Assembly (NCBI GenBank): GCA_964413715.1 | Contig: CAYPSN010000004.1 | Span: 7,501-71,500, forward strand | DNA from: an uncultured Candidatus Saccharibacteria bacterium | Lineage (GTDB): Bacteria > Patescibacteriota > Saccharimonadia > CAILAD01 > JADZBC01 | DNA: 64,000 bases | Direction: 5' to 3' | Shown here: piece after piece, positions 44,923 through 54,035 of the stretch | Layout of the letters: every line of letters begins with the position of its first letter | Numbering within the stretch: position 1 is the stretch's first letter | Position numbers and translations under genes: made by a program | Notes under the pieces: model-generated | What the model saw: only the letters and a program-made list of their open reading frames with translations | What the model was told of the DNA's origin: nothing | Databases searched by the model: none

Positions 44923-45996
44923 ATGGAAGTTTTGGTGGGCATACTTATACTTGTTATGATATTGGGCTTTGGTGCAGTTCTGTTTGTGCTGTCGCGCAAA
45001 GGTGGCAACACTGCGGCTGATGGCTCGTTGGCTATGCTCAAGCAAGATTTGCAAGGTATGAGCCAACTCCTTGCCCAAACGCAGTCTCAGTTGGGTGAGA
45101 GGCTCGATAAAAATAACGATGCTATGCGCGATTCGATTCATAAGCAGATGAGCGAGTCGGCTAGGCTGATTTCGGACGTTACAGAGCGCCTGACGAAGCT
45201 TGATGACACTAATAAGCGCGTTGTAGACGTGGCAGATGAACTTAAAACGTTACAGAATGTACTGCAGAACCCCAAGCAACGCGGTGTATTAGGCGAATAT
45301 TACCTCGATACTGTTCTAAAGAACGTTTTACCACCGGATAGGTACAAACTACAGTATAAGTTTAGTGACGGCGAAACGGTCGACGCGGTAATTTTCTTGG
45401 AGCAAGATAAGATTCTGCCGATTGATTCGAAGTTTAGCTTAGAAAACTACAATCGGCTGGTCGATGAGCAAGACAAAACGCAGCGTGAGATTCTTATAAA
45501 ATCATTCAAGCAAGATTTGAAGAACCGCATTGACGAAACATCTAAGTACATTCGGCCAAATGAGGGTACGATGGACTTCGCCTTTATGTTTATTCCATCC
45601 GAAGCTATTTACTATGATTTGCTCGTTAATAAGGTAGGGATGGTGCAAACATCGTCGCGTGACCTTATCGAATATGCATTTCGAGACAAGAAGGTGATTA
45701 TAGTATCGCCCACGTCATTCATGGCCTACTTGCAGACCGTCCTGCAGGGCTTACGCTCTTTGCAGATCGAAGAGCAGGCCAAAGAGATCCAGCTGCGCGT
45801 TGGGCAACTTGGCCAGCATTTGAGAGCATTCGACACCTTTATGCAGAAGCTCGGTAACTCGTTGGGCACCACCGTAAATCACTTTAATAGTGCCCACAAA
45901 GAGCTGAAAAAGGTTGATAAAGACGTAGTGAAGATTTCGGGCACAACCCCTGCCGTAGAGAACCTGCTGGTTGATAAGCCGAGTATGGACGAGTAA
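44923..45996 (+). CDS. rmuC: DNA recombination protein RmuC
   Basis: N-terminal TM and coiled coil, then 'QRGVLGEYYLDTVLKNVLPPDRYKLQYKFSDGETVDAVIFL..DKILPIDSKF' (RmuC core). The start is taken at the ATG 'MEVLVGILIL', not inside the upstream terminator. Confidence 0.75.
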   Translation: MEVLVGILILVMILGFGAVLFVLSRKGGNTAADGSLAMLKQDLQGMSQLLAQTQSQLGERLDKNNDAMRDSIHKQMSESARLISDVTERLTKLDDTNKRVVDVADELKTLQNVLQNPKQRGVLGEYYLDTVLKNVLPPDRYKLQYKFSDGETVDAVIFLEQDKILPIDSKFSLENYNRLVDEQDKTQREILIKSFKQDLKNRIDETSKYIRPNEGTMDFAFMFIPSEAIYYDLLVNKVGMVQTSSRDLIEYAFRDKKVIIVSPTSFMAYLQTVLQGLRSLQIEEQAKEIQLRVGQLGQHLRAFDTFMQKLGNSLGTTVNHFNSAHKELKKVDKDVVKISGTTPAVENLLVDKPSMDE

Positions 45997-46016
45997 AGTA
46001 GGGTAAGAGGAATAGT

Positions 46017-46997
46017 ATGAGAATCTTATCAGGAATACAAGCAACAGGTAAGTTGCATATTGGCAATTATCTTGGCATGGTAAAGCCTTTCGTGGCCATG
46101 CAGGACCAGGGGGAAGCTTTTTATTTCATCCCTAATCTTCATTCGCTCAATGTCCGCCCTGATCCAGCTACTTTACGTCGTGATACCTTGGCAAACGCTG
46201 CTTGGTTCCTAGCGGCTGGCGTAGATCCAAAGAAATCCGTCATCTTCACTCAGTCTGATGTGCCCGCCCATTCAGAGTTATGCTGGATACTGAATAATTT
46301 CGTAACTATTGGTGAGTTAAATCGTATGACCGCCTACAAAGACAAGAGTGTGAAACGAGGCCCAGAAGGGCAGCTTGCCGCTTTGTTTACCTACCCAGTC
46401 CTTATGGCGGCAGATATTATTCTCTATGATGCCGAACTTGTACCGGTAGGAGAGGATCAAAAACAGCACGTCGAGCTGACGCGAGATATCGTAGCTCGCT
46501 TTAATAAGCTATATGGTGACACTTTTGTAGCACCAAAGGCCGTTTTACCATCTGTCGGGGGCCGTATTATGAGTTTGCAGGACCCCACAAGCAAGATGAG
46601 TAAGAGTGACGAAAACCAAAATGGCAATATAATGCTGCTGGATGATGAGAAGACCATTCGGCTTAAGGTAAAACGCGCTGTTACCGACGACAAAAGTGAA
46701 GTGAAGGCTGATTCTAATGGCGGCGCCATAACCAATTTAATAGAGATCTACGCTGGTTTTAGTGGAAAAGACACTGGTCAGATAGAAGAAGAGTTCCGAG
46801 GTAAGGGATACGGTGAATTCAAAGCCGCTTTGGCAGACGTACTCGTAGAAAACCTCGGTGATTTGGCTCGTACTTTTCACGCACTTATGGCTGATGAGGA
46901 CTATTTAATGAAAATCTTGGGCGAGGGAGCAGAAAAAGCTAACCAAGTAGCCCAAGCAAAGCTCAAAATAGTCAAACAAAAGTTAGGTATCTTGTAA
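46017..46997 (+). CDS. trpS: Tryptophan--tRNA ligase
   Basis: 'ILSGIQATGKLHIGNYLG' and 'KMSKS' (SKMSKSDEN), 326 aa. Confidence 0.9.
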   Translation: MRILSGIQATGKLHIGNYLGMVKPFVAMQDQGEAFYFIPNLHSLNVRPDPATLRRDTLANAAWFLAAGVDPKKSVIFTQSDVPAHSELCWILNNFVTIGELNRMTAYKDKSVKRGPEGQLAALFTYPVLMAADIILYDAELVPVGEDQKQHVELTRDIVARFNKLYGDTFVAPKAVLPSVGGRIMSLQDPTSKMSKSDENQNGNIMLLDDEKTIRLKVKRAVTDDKSEVKADSNGGAITNLIEIYAGFSGKDTGQIEEEFRGKGYGEFKAALADVLVENLGDLARTFHALMADEDYLMKILGEGAEKANQVAQAKLKIVKQKLGIL

Positions 46998-47048
46998 AAT
47001 ATACAACACTTACAACAGGTTAGAGGGCCCCAAAAAGCATAAAAAGTA

Positions 47049-47077
47049 TTGACATAAGCATAAGCGTTTGCTATACT
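47049..47077 (+). promoter_or_regulatory. Near-consensus sigma70 promoter: -35 TTGACA, 17 nt spacer, -10 TATACT
   Basis: ttgaca at 47049-47054; tatact at 47072-47077. The predicted TSS at about 47085 opens onto an ORF-free region. Confidence 0.5.
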
Positions 47078-47084
47078 TGTATCA

Positions 47085-47562
47085 ACATAAGTTAGTTCAT
47101 TAAAACAAAAATAAAAACAAAATGAAATCCGCAATACCTCCATAAGGTAGCCCTGATCTCAAAGGGCGCTTTTCAGTAGGGGAAGCCCGGCATAGAAATA
47201 ACCCCCTTATTTCTAGTCGGACTCTCCCTACTGTTCTAGGGTTAGCAAACGCTCGTATGGTTTGCTAGCACACTACCCGCAGGATTAGTCAGCAGATTGA
47301 GTTTGATCACAACCGTGGTGAACTTGGTTTTCTGACTAAACCGTACGGATGGTGGGGAAGCGTTGACCAAATGACAAAAGCAGTGATGCTTGTGTCAAAG
47401 ATAGTTCGGTCTCACTCGCGTTTTTAGCCTCATTGGCTAGAGATGCTTACCGGGCCTCCGCGTGCCAGTTTAGTTCCATAACTTTTTGGGCAGATGCGAT
47501 TAGAGGCCCGTAACCATTGCTATTATCAATATTTCTTAACTTCGCACAATGCGAAGTTTTTT
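47085..47562 (+). ncRNA. Candidate structured non-coding RNA of unknown class, about 480 nt, bounded by a promoter and a terminator
   Basis: No ORF of 60 aa or more on either strand across about 700 nt. Strong nested hairpins, for example cagtagggga...tctccctactg enclosing tagaaataa-ccccc-ttatttcta. The motif 'ggggaagc' occurs twice. The region ends in an intrinsic terminator. Confidence 0.4.
47540..47562 (+). terminator. Rho-independent terminator ending the candidate ncRNA
   Basis: 'cttcgc acaat gcgaag tttttt'. Confidence 0.55.
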
Positions 47563-47778
47563 AGTATAGAAAAATTTTTGAATTATTCATACATTACGTC
47601 GAGTCTAAGGCCTTACATAATGCAGCACATTGTCATGAATATAAATGAATAAAATAGTAGTCCAATAGGCTACTAAACTTAAGGCAAATATAACATGTAT
47701 ACAATTTATTTGCTGCCTTGTTCGATAATGAGTACTGGTATCGTGTTTTTCCACAGGTAGGCTGGGGATAGTCTTACC

Positions 47779-48219
47779 TTGAGAAAACCACCTAAATCTG
47801 CGATAATATCAAGCAATATGCAGTTAATGAATAAGATAAAAAAGGGAATGCTTGGTGCAGGATTACTGGTGGTTAGCGCTGTTTCGACTACCATTGTTTT
47901 GTCATTGCTATTCTTAGCTTCACCTAACTCCATCGGCCCAGCTGGGGTGACCATCTGGTTTGTGTTACTTCTGGCGGCACTCACGTCTAGTTTAATGCTA
48001 TTGCTTTTGGCCAACAAAAAGCGACGCGGCAAACTTATTACGCCGGCTGAATTTAAAGCTACTTTTAAATTGGCCCTGGTTCCAGCTGCGGCTGTGACGC
48101 TAGTATTGGCTCTGAGCAGCTTAGGTTCGCTTGGAGCAGTCGATTTGCTTCTGATTGCCGGTGTCACTTTGGTTGTGGGTGTATATTTCTTTACGACTGA
48201 TCGGAGACAGACACTATGA
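47779..48219 (+). CDS. Small polytopic membrane protein, translationally coupled (ATGA) to pheS
   Basis: Three to four hydrophobic helices ('GLLVVSAVSTTIVLSLLFLA', 'VTIWFVLLLAALTSSLMLLLLA', 'LALVPAAAVTLVLALSSLG', 'LLLIAGVTLVVGVYFF'). The start may be an internal ATG (MQLM or MNKI). The antisense ORF 47706..48167 is judged spurious. Confidence 0.45.
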   Translation: MRKPPKSAIISSNMQLMNKIKKGMLGAGLLVVSAVSTTIVLSLLFLASPNSIGPAGVTIWFVLLLAALTSSLMLLLLANKKRRGKLITPAEFKATFKLALVPAAAVTLVLALSSLGSLGAVDLLLIAGVTLVVGVYFFTTDRRQTL

Positions 48220-49196
48220 AGCCAGCAGATATTATTTCACGAGCTCAGCAGGAGGCGTCGAATGCAAAGCGACAGAACGACCTACAGTTAGTGAAGGCCC
48301 AGTATTTGGGCAAGAAAAGCGTACTACAGGCAGAAATGAAGGCACTAGGCGGTCTCTCGTCTGAAGAGCGCAAGAAGAAGGGGCGAGAGCTCAATCAGCT
48401 TAAGCAAGAGCTGGAAAGGCTTTTTACTGAGCGTGAAAAATCTCTGATTATTGAACTCGATAGCCTACCGCCGATGGACCTTTCGACACCAGGAATCGGA
48501 ACGCAGTATGGCCATGCCCATCCGGTTACACTCGTAATGGAAGAGCTGTACGCAGCTTTTACACGACTTGGTTTTGCGATTGTAGATAGTAATGAGATCG
48601 AAGACGATTGGCATAATTTTGAAGCACTCAATATGCCACCGCATCATCCAGCACGGGATATGCAAGATACTTTTTATATTAAAGACAAGCAGGCAACCAA
48701 TACAATTTTGCCGCGAACTCATACATCTGGTATGCAAGTACGTTTCATGAAAGAAAATAAGCCGCCTTTTAAGATCATTGTGCCGGGTAAAGTTTTTCGT
48801 AACGAAGACGAAGACAAGACTCACTTGTGGTCATTCACACAGGTTGAAGGTCTGGTGGTGGGCGAGGGTGTCTCGGTAGCGCACCTTAAAGGTACGTTAC
48901 TAGCAGTAATGCAGGATCTGCTTGGCGAAGAAACCGAAATTCGCTTGCGACCAAGCTATTTTCCGTACACCGAGCCCTCGATTGAGATAGATGTGAGTTA
49001 CAAAGGCGAGTGGTTGGAGTTACTGGGGGCAGGCATGGTGCACCCTAAGGTGCTGCAGAATGCGGGGATTGATCCGGAGATTTACACTGGCTTTGCTTTT
49101 GGGCTTGGCCCTGAGCGCATTGCCATGGTGAAGTATGGCATAACTGATTTACGGCATTTTTGGCGACCGAATCTGTCCTACCTGGAGCAATTTTAA
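48216..49196 (+). CDS. pheS: Phenylalanine--tRNA ligase alpha subunit
   Basis: Class II motifs: 'FRNE' (motif 2 region), 'RPSYFPYTEPSIEIDV', and 'GAGMVHP...GFAFGLGPERIAM' (motif 3). Confidence 0.9.
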   Translation: MKPADIISRAQQEASNAKRQNDLQLVKAQYLGKKSVLQAEMKALGGLSSEERKKKGRELNQLKQELERLFTEREKSLIIELDSLPPMDLSTPGIGTQYGHAHPVTLVMEELYAAFTRLGFAIVDSNEIEDDWHNFEALNMPPHHPARDMQDTFYIKDKQATNTILPRTHTSGMQVRFMKENKPPFKIIVPGKVFRNEDEDKTHLWSFTQVEGLVVGEGVSVAHLKGTLLAVMQDLLGEETEIRLRPSYFPYTEPSIEIDVSYKGEWLELLGAGMVHPKVLQNAGIDPEIYTGFAFGLGPERIAMVKYGITDLRHFWRPNLSYLEQF

Positions 49197-52009
49197 TGAA
49201 AATATCTGTAAACTCACTTAATTCTTACCTGAAAAACAAGCTTTCAGCTGAACAGATGGTGGAGCGTCTGCTGATGACCGAAGTGGAGGTGGAAGAGATT
49301 ATAACTCCTCATCAGGAGTGGGACGAGCGCATCATTGTGGCGCACGTCGTGACAGTACAGCCGCATCCGGATGCAGACAAGTTACGCTTAGCGCAAGTAG
49401 AAACTGGCAGCGGCAAAGTTGAGGTTGTTTGTGGCGCGCCAAATTTGGCCGAAGGGCAAATGGTGGTGCTGGCGCAAGAAGGTGCAGTTTTGCCAGACGG
49501 TTTAAAAATCAAAGCTAGCAAGCTGCGTGGCGTTATTTCGCACGGCATGCTGTGTTCAGCCAAGGAGCTGGGTATTTCAGACGACCACAACGGTATTCTG
49601 GTTCTGCCAGAAGACTCACCTGTTGGAACAACATTGTGCGACATATGGCAAAAGGGGAATGTCTTGGATATAAAGACGCCTGCAAATAGGTGGGATTACC
49701 TCAGTTTGATCGGTTTGGCTAGGGAAGTCGCAGCCAAAGATAAGGGTAATCAGCTGATTTTGCCTAAATCTAAGCAATTAACATATAAAGACACAGAAAT
49801 TGTAGATGTCAAGGAAAGCGGGGAGTGTAGACGCTTCGTTAGTGTGAAAATGAGGGTAGACAATTCCGTGAAAAGTCCGCAGTGGATTGTGGATAACTTA
49901 GAAGAGAACGGTTTGCGCAGTATTAATCCTGTTGTAGATATTACGAACTTTGTAATGCTCGAAACCGGCCAGCCCTCTCATGCGTATGACGCCAAGAAAA
50001 TCACTGATGGGCTTTGTGTACGCTTTGCCTCCCCTGCCGAAAAACTTACAACATTAGATGACGTAGAACGAACGCTAACCAGTGAGGATCTTGTGATAGC
50101 AGATGGACGTGGTCCAGTGGCACTAGCTGGTGTGATTGGTGGAGCTAACAGCGAAGTCGATACCAGTACAAGCGAAATAATCCTGGAAGTGGCGAATTTT
50201 GATAAAACGCGGGTGCGCAAGGCCGCAATTCGCCATGGGGTACGAACTGAAGCATCGGCTCGATTTGAGCGCTCTCTCCCCTTGCCACTTCCCCTGCAGG
50301 CAGCGGAACGTTTGGTGGATTTATTATGTCAGGTGGCGCAGGCCGAAGTCATTGACTCCCCTGTCGATCAGCTCTATGGTTGGCCCTGGGTACAGCACGT
50401 TGGTTTACGCCTGCGTAAGGCCGAGCGAATATTGGGCGTTAAGTTAGATGAGCGTGAAGTGGTCGATGGCCTCAGTCGACTTGGCTTTGACGTAGAACAC
50501 TTTAGTATTACTAAGGAACTGCGCAAGCATTTGGGAAAACCTTATATCTGGGGTGCGAATTTTAAACAGCATGGAGATACAGGTTTTGACTGCTCTTATC
50601 TGATAGACAGGGTGTATTCGAAAATTGGCGTACGGGTTGGGCACACCGCATTGGGTCAGTATCATCATGGCCGGCCAGTTGAAGTTGGTGATCTGAAGCC
50701 TGGTGATGTAGTGTTTTATGGTGGCAAAATCGAAAATTCAGTAACGGACCACTACTATACGACAGATGATGCCGGTAAGCACACTAAGGTGACATTGCCG
50801 AAGCCACTGGCTGTAGGGCATAACGGAATTTATATAGGTCAAAACAAGGTTATTACCGCTATTCAATACGAGCGAAAGGGTGACGACTGGGTAAAGCGAG
50901 AAAAGCAAGGCGTTTTAGAAGTGCCTCTGAGCGATTTTGTGAACGATCCAACGTATCTTGGCGCACGTCGATACGTGGAGAACTTTAATCATATTCTGGC
51001 AGTAGTGGCACCATGGTGGAGGCTGGACATTCGTAATGAGGAAGATTTGGTGGAAGAAATCGTTAAAATCGTAGGCTATGACGCCATTGCCGCCGAGATC
51101 CCTTCCCTGCCGCCAACAAGCTCACACAAGCATCAACTTTTACCAAGCCTGCAAAATCTTAAGAAGGTTATGATAGCCAGCGGCTTACAAGAAATCGTGA
51201 CATATTCATTCATTAGCCAGGCCGCACTCGATGCACTCCAAGACACACGTGAGCATTTGGAAATAGCCAACCCGCTGAGCAGCGAACAGCAGTTTTTGCG
51301 CCGCAGTATGCTGCCTAGCCACCTAAAGGTTATCCAAGACAACCAGGGTTACAGTAAGCAGTTTGGCTGCTTTGAAATAGCCAGAACGTATCAGCCGACT
51401 CAGGACGGTGCGTTACCACAAGAAGAATGGAAGATAGCAATTTTCGCAGTTGGTAAGGACAGCTTGATGCGCGTAAAGGGCGCAGTTGATCTGCTGGCAC
51501 GCCACACGCAACTTGATTATGATGTGAAGCCGACTGATTTGATTAACTTTGTTGCTGGCCGATCGGCCGAACTAAATATAGAGAAACAGAACATCGGCTT
51601 GATTGGTCAAGTCGGCAAAACTCTATTGGCCACCTATGATATTCGCCATGAAGTGAGTGTGGCCGAAATAATCTTATCGGAGAACATCTTTACTCATTTA
51701 CCTAATGCTGTGGTGGACTTACCACCCTATCAGCTTATTCAGCGCGACATGTCGTTTATTTGTAATCAAGACATTCTATGGCAAGAGGTTGAATCGTTAC
51801 TCAAGCAAGCAGGCAACGTCTGGTCGGTTCAGTATCTGGGAGTATACGAGGATGACAAGCTAGTGCGGGATAAGCGAAAAAACATTACTTGCCGCATGAA
51901 GCTCGATTTAGGCGCCAATCCAACTGCCGAACAGATTCAAGAGGCAATGGGTAAACTGGGTAATAAGCTGGTGCGAGGTTTGCCGGCAGGAAATATTGTA
52001 ATCAACTAG
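49196..52009 (+). CDS. pheT: Phenylalanine--tRNA ligase beta subunit carrying an inserted NlpC/P60 papain-like peptidase domain in the B5 region
   Basis: 'MKISVNSLNSYL' N-terminus (TAATG overlap with pheS). tRNA-binding, B3/4 and B5 ('LSRLGFDVEHF') domains, and the C-terminal catalytic-like and anticodon-binding regions ('WRLDIRNEEDLVEEIVKIVGYD'). Inserted at about 50503-51000: 'KPYIWGANFKQHGDTGFDCSYLIDRVYSKIGVRVGHTALGQY...GDLKPGDVVFYGG...GHNGIYIGQNKVITAI'. Confidence 0.85.
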   Translation: MKISVNSLNSYLKNKLSAEQMVERLLMTEVEVEEIITPHQEWDERIIVAHVVTVQPHPDADKLRLAQVETGSGKVEVVCGAPNLAEGQMVVLAQEGAVLPDGLKIKASKLRGVISHGMLCSAKELGISDDHNGILVLPEDSPVGTTLCDIWQKGNVLDIKTPANRWDYLSLIGLAREVAAKDKGNQLILPKSKQLTYKDTEIVDVKESGECRRFVSVKMRVDNSVKSPQWIVDNLEENGLRSINPVVDITNFVMLETGQPSHAYDAKKITDGLCVRFASPAEKLTTLDDVERTLTSEDLVIADGRGPVALAGVIGGANSEVDTSTSEIILEVANFDKTRVRKAAIRHGVRTEASARFERSLPLPLPLQAAERLVDLLCQVAQAEVIDSPVDQLYGWPWVQHVGLRLRKAERILGVKLDEREVVDGLSRLGFDVEHFSITKELRKHLGKPYIWGANFKQHGDTGFDCSYLIDRVYSKIGVRVGHTALGQYHHGRPVEVGDLKPGDVVFYGGKIENSVTDHYYTTDDAGKHTKVTLPKPLAVGHNGIYIGQNKVITAIQYERKGDDWVKREKQGVLEVPLSDFVNDPTYLGARRYVENFNHILAVVAPWWRLDIRNEEDLVEEIVKIVGYDAIAAEIPSLPPTSSHKHQLLPSLQNLKKVMIASGLQEIVTYSFISQAALDALQDTREHLEIANPLSSEQQFLRRSMLPSHLKVIQDNQGYSKQFGCFEIARTYQPTQDGALPQEEWKIAIFAVGKDSLMRVKGAVDLLARHTQLDYDVKPTDLINFVAGRSAELNIEKQNIGLIGQVGKTLLATYDIRHEVSVAEIILSENIFTHLPNAVVDLPPYQLIQRDMSFICNQDILWQEVESLLKQAGNVWSVQYLGVYEDDKLVRDKRKNITCRMKLDLGANPTAEQIQEAMGKLGNKLVRGLPAGNIVIN

Positions 52010-52049
52010 AAAGTTCTCGCCGCGACATCTATAATAAAGCATAACTACT

Positions 52050-53510
52050 ATGAGGCGGCACGAAAACCACATTACTAATACCGCGGGGCAGCCTAGGAAA
52101 CTAGAGATTCTGGCCTGGACGGTTGGTGGACTTATTCTAGGGCTTGCAGCTGTCAATTTACTATTGTCGGCAGCTTTGACGGGGGTGATTTATCCTGGTG
52201 TTCGGCTAGCAGACCGTAGTGTAGCGCTAAAAACCCGAGCTGAGGCTACTACATTATTACGAGGAGTGAATGCTTCGCACAAAATCACCATACGCATTGG
52301 CGAACGGACGTACAGGGTGAGCAGTGAGCAACTAGGGGCGAAGCGTGATGACGCGGTGAGTGTTGATACTGCTTATCAAGTTGGTCGCACAACACCCTTC
52401 CCGCTCGTTGGTATAGCGCAAGCATTGCGTTCTAACCCAGCTCGTTTCTCCTACCGACTTGATGCTGCAAAGCTTGAGAGGTTTACCCAGCAACTTACAA
52501 ACGATATCGGACGCTCCCCTGTGAACGCCAAGATCGAGGTGGTAAATGGCGAATTCGTAACCACTCCTGACAAAGATGGCGTGGCGATTGATCAAACCAA
52601 ATTAACCCAAACTCTCCAAGCCGCTTTGGGTGAAGGTGCCGATAAGTCGGTTGCGCTTGAGCCTACGTCGGTTAAAGCCGATGTAGTGTTGGCCGCAACC
52701 GCGCCGGTAGTCGCCGAAGCCAAGTCTATTTCGCAGCAATCTTTGACGTTTACATACCAAGATCGAACATTCAGGCCAGATGCAGCTACAATTGCAAGTT
52801 GGCTCGTATTCCCAGCTGAAAAAAATAGCGCATCAGGAAAAGTCGACCTACATGCAGCAATTGATGACGCCAAGATTCGTGGCTATTTGCAATCGCTTGC
52901 TAATGAAATTAACGTAGCGCCAGTTACCAAGAAGGTGACGATTAAAAACGGCGTTAGTCAGACCGACCAGGAGGGACAGGATGGCTTGGCGGTTAACCAA
53001 GATGACGCCTTCACTGCTGTTAAAAAGGCCCTAACTGATAAGGCAGCTCTGGCGTACACCGTTACCACTCGTCCGGTAGCCTATAAGACCCAATACAATC
53101 GTGTCACGACTCTCGACATTGGTCGATATATTGAGATCAATCTGTCCACCCAGCAACTATGGGTATATCAGGATAACCAGGTTATCTATACCTCGCCAAT
53201 CACTAGCGGCGCTACCGGTATGGGCTTCCCTACGGTAACGGGCCTGTTTAGTATCTATTCGAAAGCCCAGAACATTTGGCTGGATGGTAGAGCCTATGGT
53301 GATCGCTACAACTATCGCGTCTTAGTTGATTATTGGATGCCTTTTTATGGTGGATTTGGGCTGCATGATGCTTGGCGCTGGCGCAGTACATTCGGCGGAG
53401 CTGATTATTACTATAATGGCAGCCACGGCTGTGTTAATCTGCCACTCGCGACAGCTGCATTTATTTACAATTGGGCGGAGATTGGTACGCCTGTTTGGGT
53501 GCATACCTAA
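52050..53510 (+). CDS. Membrane-anchored L,D-transpeptidase (YkuD-domain) family protein
   Basis: N-terminal TM 'ILAWTVGGLILGLAAVNLLLSAAL'. C-terminal catalytic domain 'GFPTVTGLFSIYSKAQN...GFGLHDAWRW...NGSHGCVNLP' (His/Cys dyad). Confidence 0.75.
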   Translation: MRRHENHITNTAGQPRKLEILAWTVGGLILGLAAVNLLLSAALTGVIYPGVRLADRSVALKTRAEATTLLRGVNASHKITIRIGERTYRVSSEQLGAKRDDAVSVDTAYQVGRTTPFPLVGIAQALRSNPARFSYRLDAAKLERFTQQLTNDIGRSPVNAKIEVVNGEFVTTPDKDGVAIDQTKLTQTLQAALGEGADKSVALEPTSVKADVVLAATAPVVAEAKSISQQSLTFTYQDRTFRPDAATIASWLVFPAEKNSASGKVDLHAAIDDAKIRGYLQSLANEINVAPVTKKVTIKNGVSQTDQEGQDGLAVNQDDAFTAVKKALTDKAALAYTVTTRPVAYKTQYNRVTTLDIGRYIEINLSTQQLWVYQDNQVIYTSPITSGATGMGFPTVTGLFSIYSKAQNIWLDGRAYGDRYNYRVLVDYWMPFYGGFGLHDAWRWRSTFGGADYYYNGSHGCVNLPLATAAFIYNWAEIGTPVWVHT

Positions 53511-53555
53511 TCAATTCCTGCCCACTACTGGTCGAGCATAAGCTTTATTGCTATA

Positions 53556-54014
53556 ATGAGTGCCAGAAGGCAAAGGCATATGCAACCAATAATCACACCT
53601 GATAATCAGAACATTCGTGCTGCTACTGGGCCGAGTGAACCGAGGCAGCCCAGCGGGCAATCTGCTGAGCAGCTGCCGGTACAAGAAAAGCAGGTGGTTT
53701 CAGCTGCCGAAACTGCACCGCCTACTCCACAAGGTCAGCCAGTCGCCGTACCGATGGCTCAAGCGCCATCTCAACCGGCAGTGGCTGCCAGCTCGACACC
53801 CGCAGCCCCAGCCAATACTCCAAAGCATGCCGACCTTCAAACTGCTGGCGGAGACGACATCGAAAAGGAATGGGTTGATCGAGCAGATGCCATTATTCAG
53901 CAATACAGTAACGACCCCTATGCCGAAGATATGGAGCACGAAGACTTGAGTGCGGCGTATTTAAAAAAGCGTTTTGGCTTAGAAATTAAGCGGAGTACTG
54001 ACGGGGCGAAGTAA
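53556..54014 (+). CDS. Hypothetical Pro/Ala/Gln-rich low-complexity protein with a conserved-looking acidic C-terminal module
   Basis: 'APPTPQGQPVAVPMAQAPSQPAVAASSTPAAPANTP' then 'DIEKEWVDRADAIIQQYSNDPYAEDMEHEDLSAAYLKKRFG'. No family recognised. Confidence 0.3.
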   Translation: MSARRQRHMQPIITPDNQNIRAATGPSEPRQPSGQSAEQLPVQEKQVVSAAETAPPTPQGQPVAVPMAQAPSQPAVAASSTPAAPANTPKHADLQTAGGDDIEKEWVDRADAIIQQYSNDPYAEDMEHEDLSAAYLKKRFGLEIKRSTDGAK

Positions 54015-54035
54015 AGCAAATTAATCCGGGCGGTT

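Noticed and set aside
44722-45141. 139 aa minus-strand ORF spanning the GC-rich gene's 3' end and the rmuC 5' end
   Set aside because: It crosses a strong terminator and two well-supported plus-strand genes. It is a shadow ORF.
47300-47420. T-box leader for pheS ('ccgtacggatggtggggaagcg')
   Set aside because: There is no AGGGTGGnACCGCG T-box, no specifier-loop context, and a 220 nt gap plus another gene separate the terminator from pheS.
47706-48167. 153 aa minus-strand ORF upstream of pheS
   Set aside because: It is antisense to, and almost co-extensive with, the plus-strand multi-TM ORF that is translationally coupled (ATGA) to pheS. Its product is low-complexity Ala/Thr/Ser-rich, which is typical of a shadow ORF.
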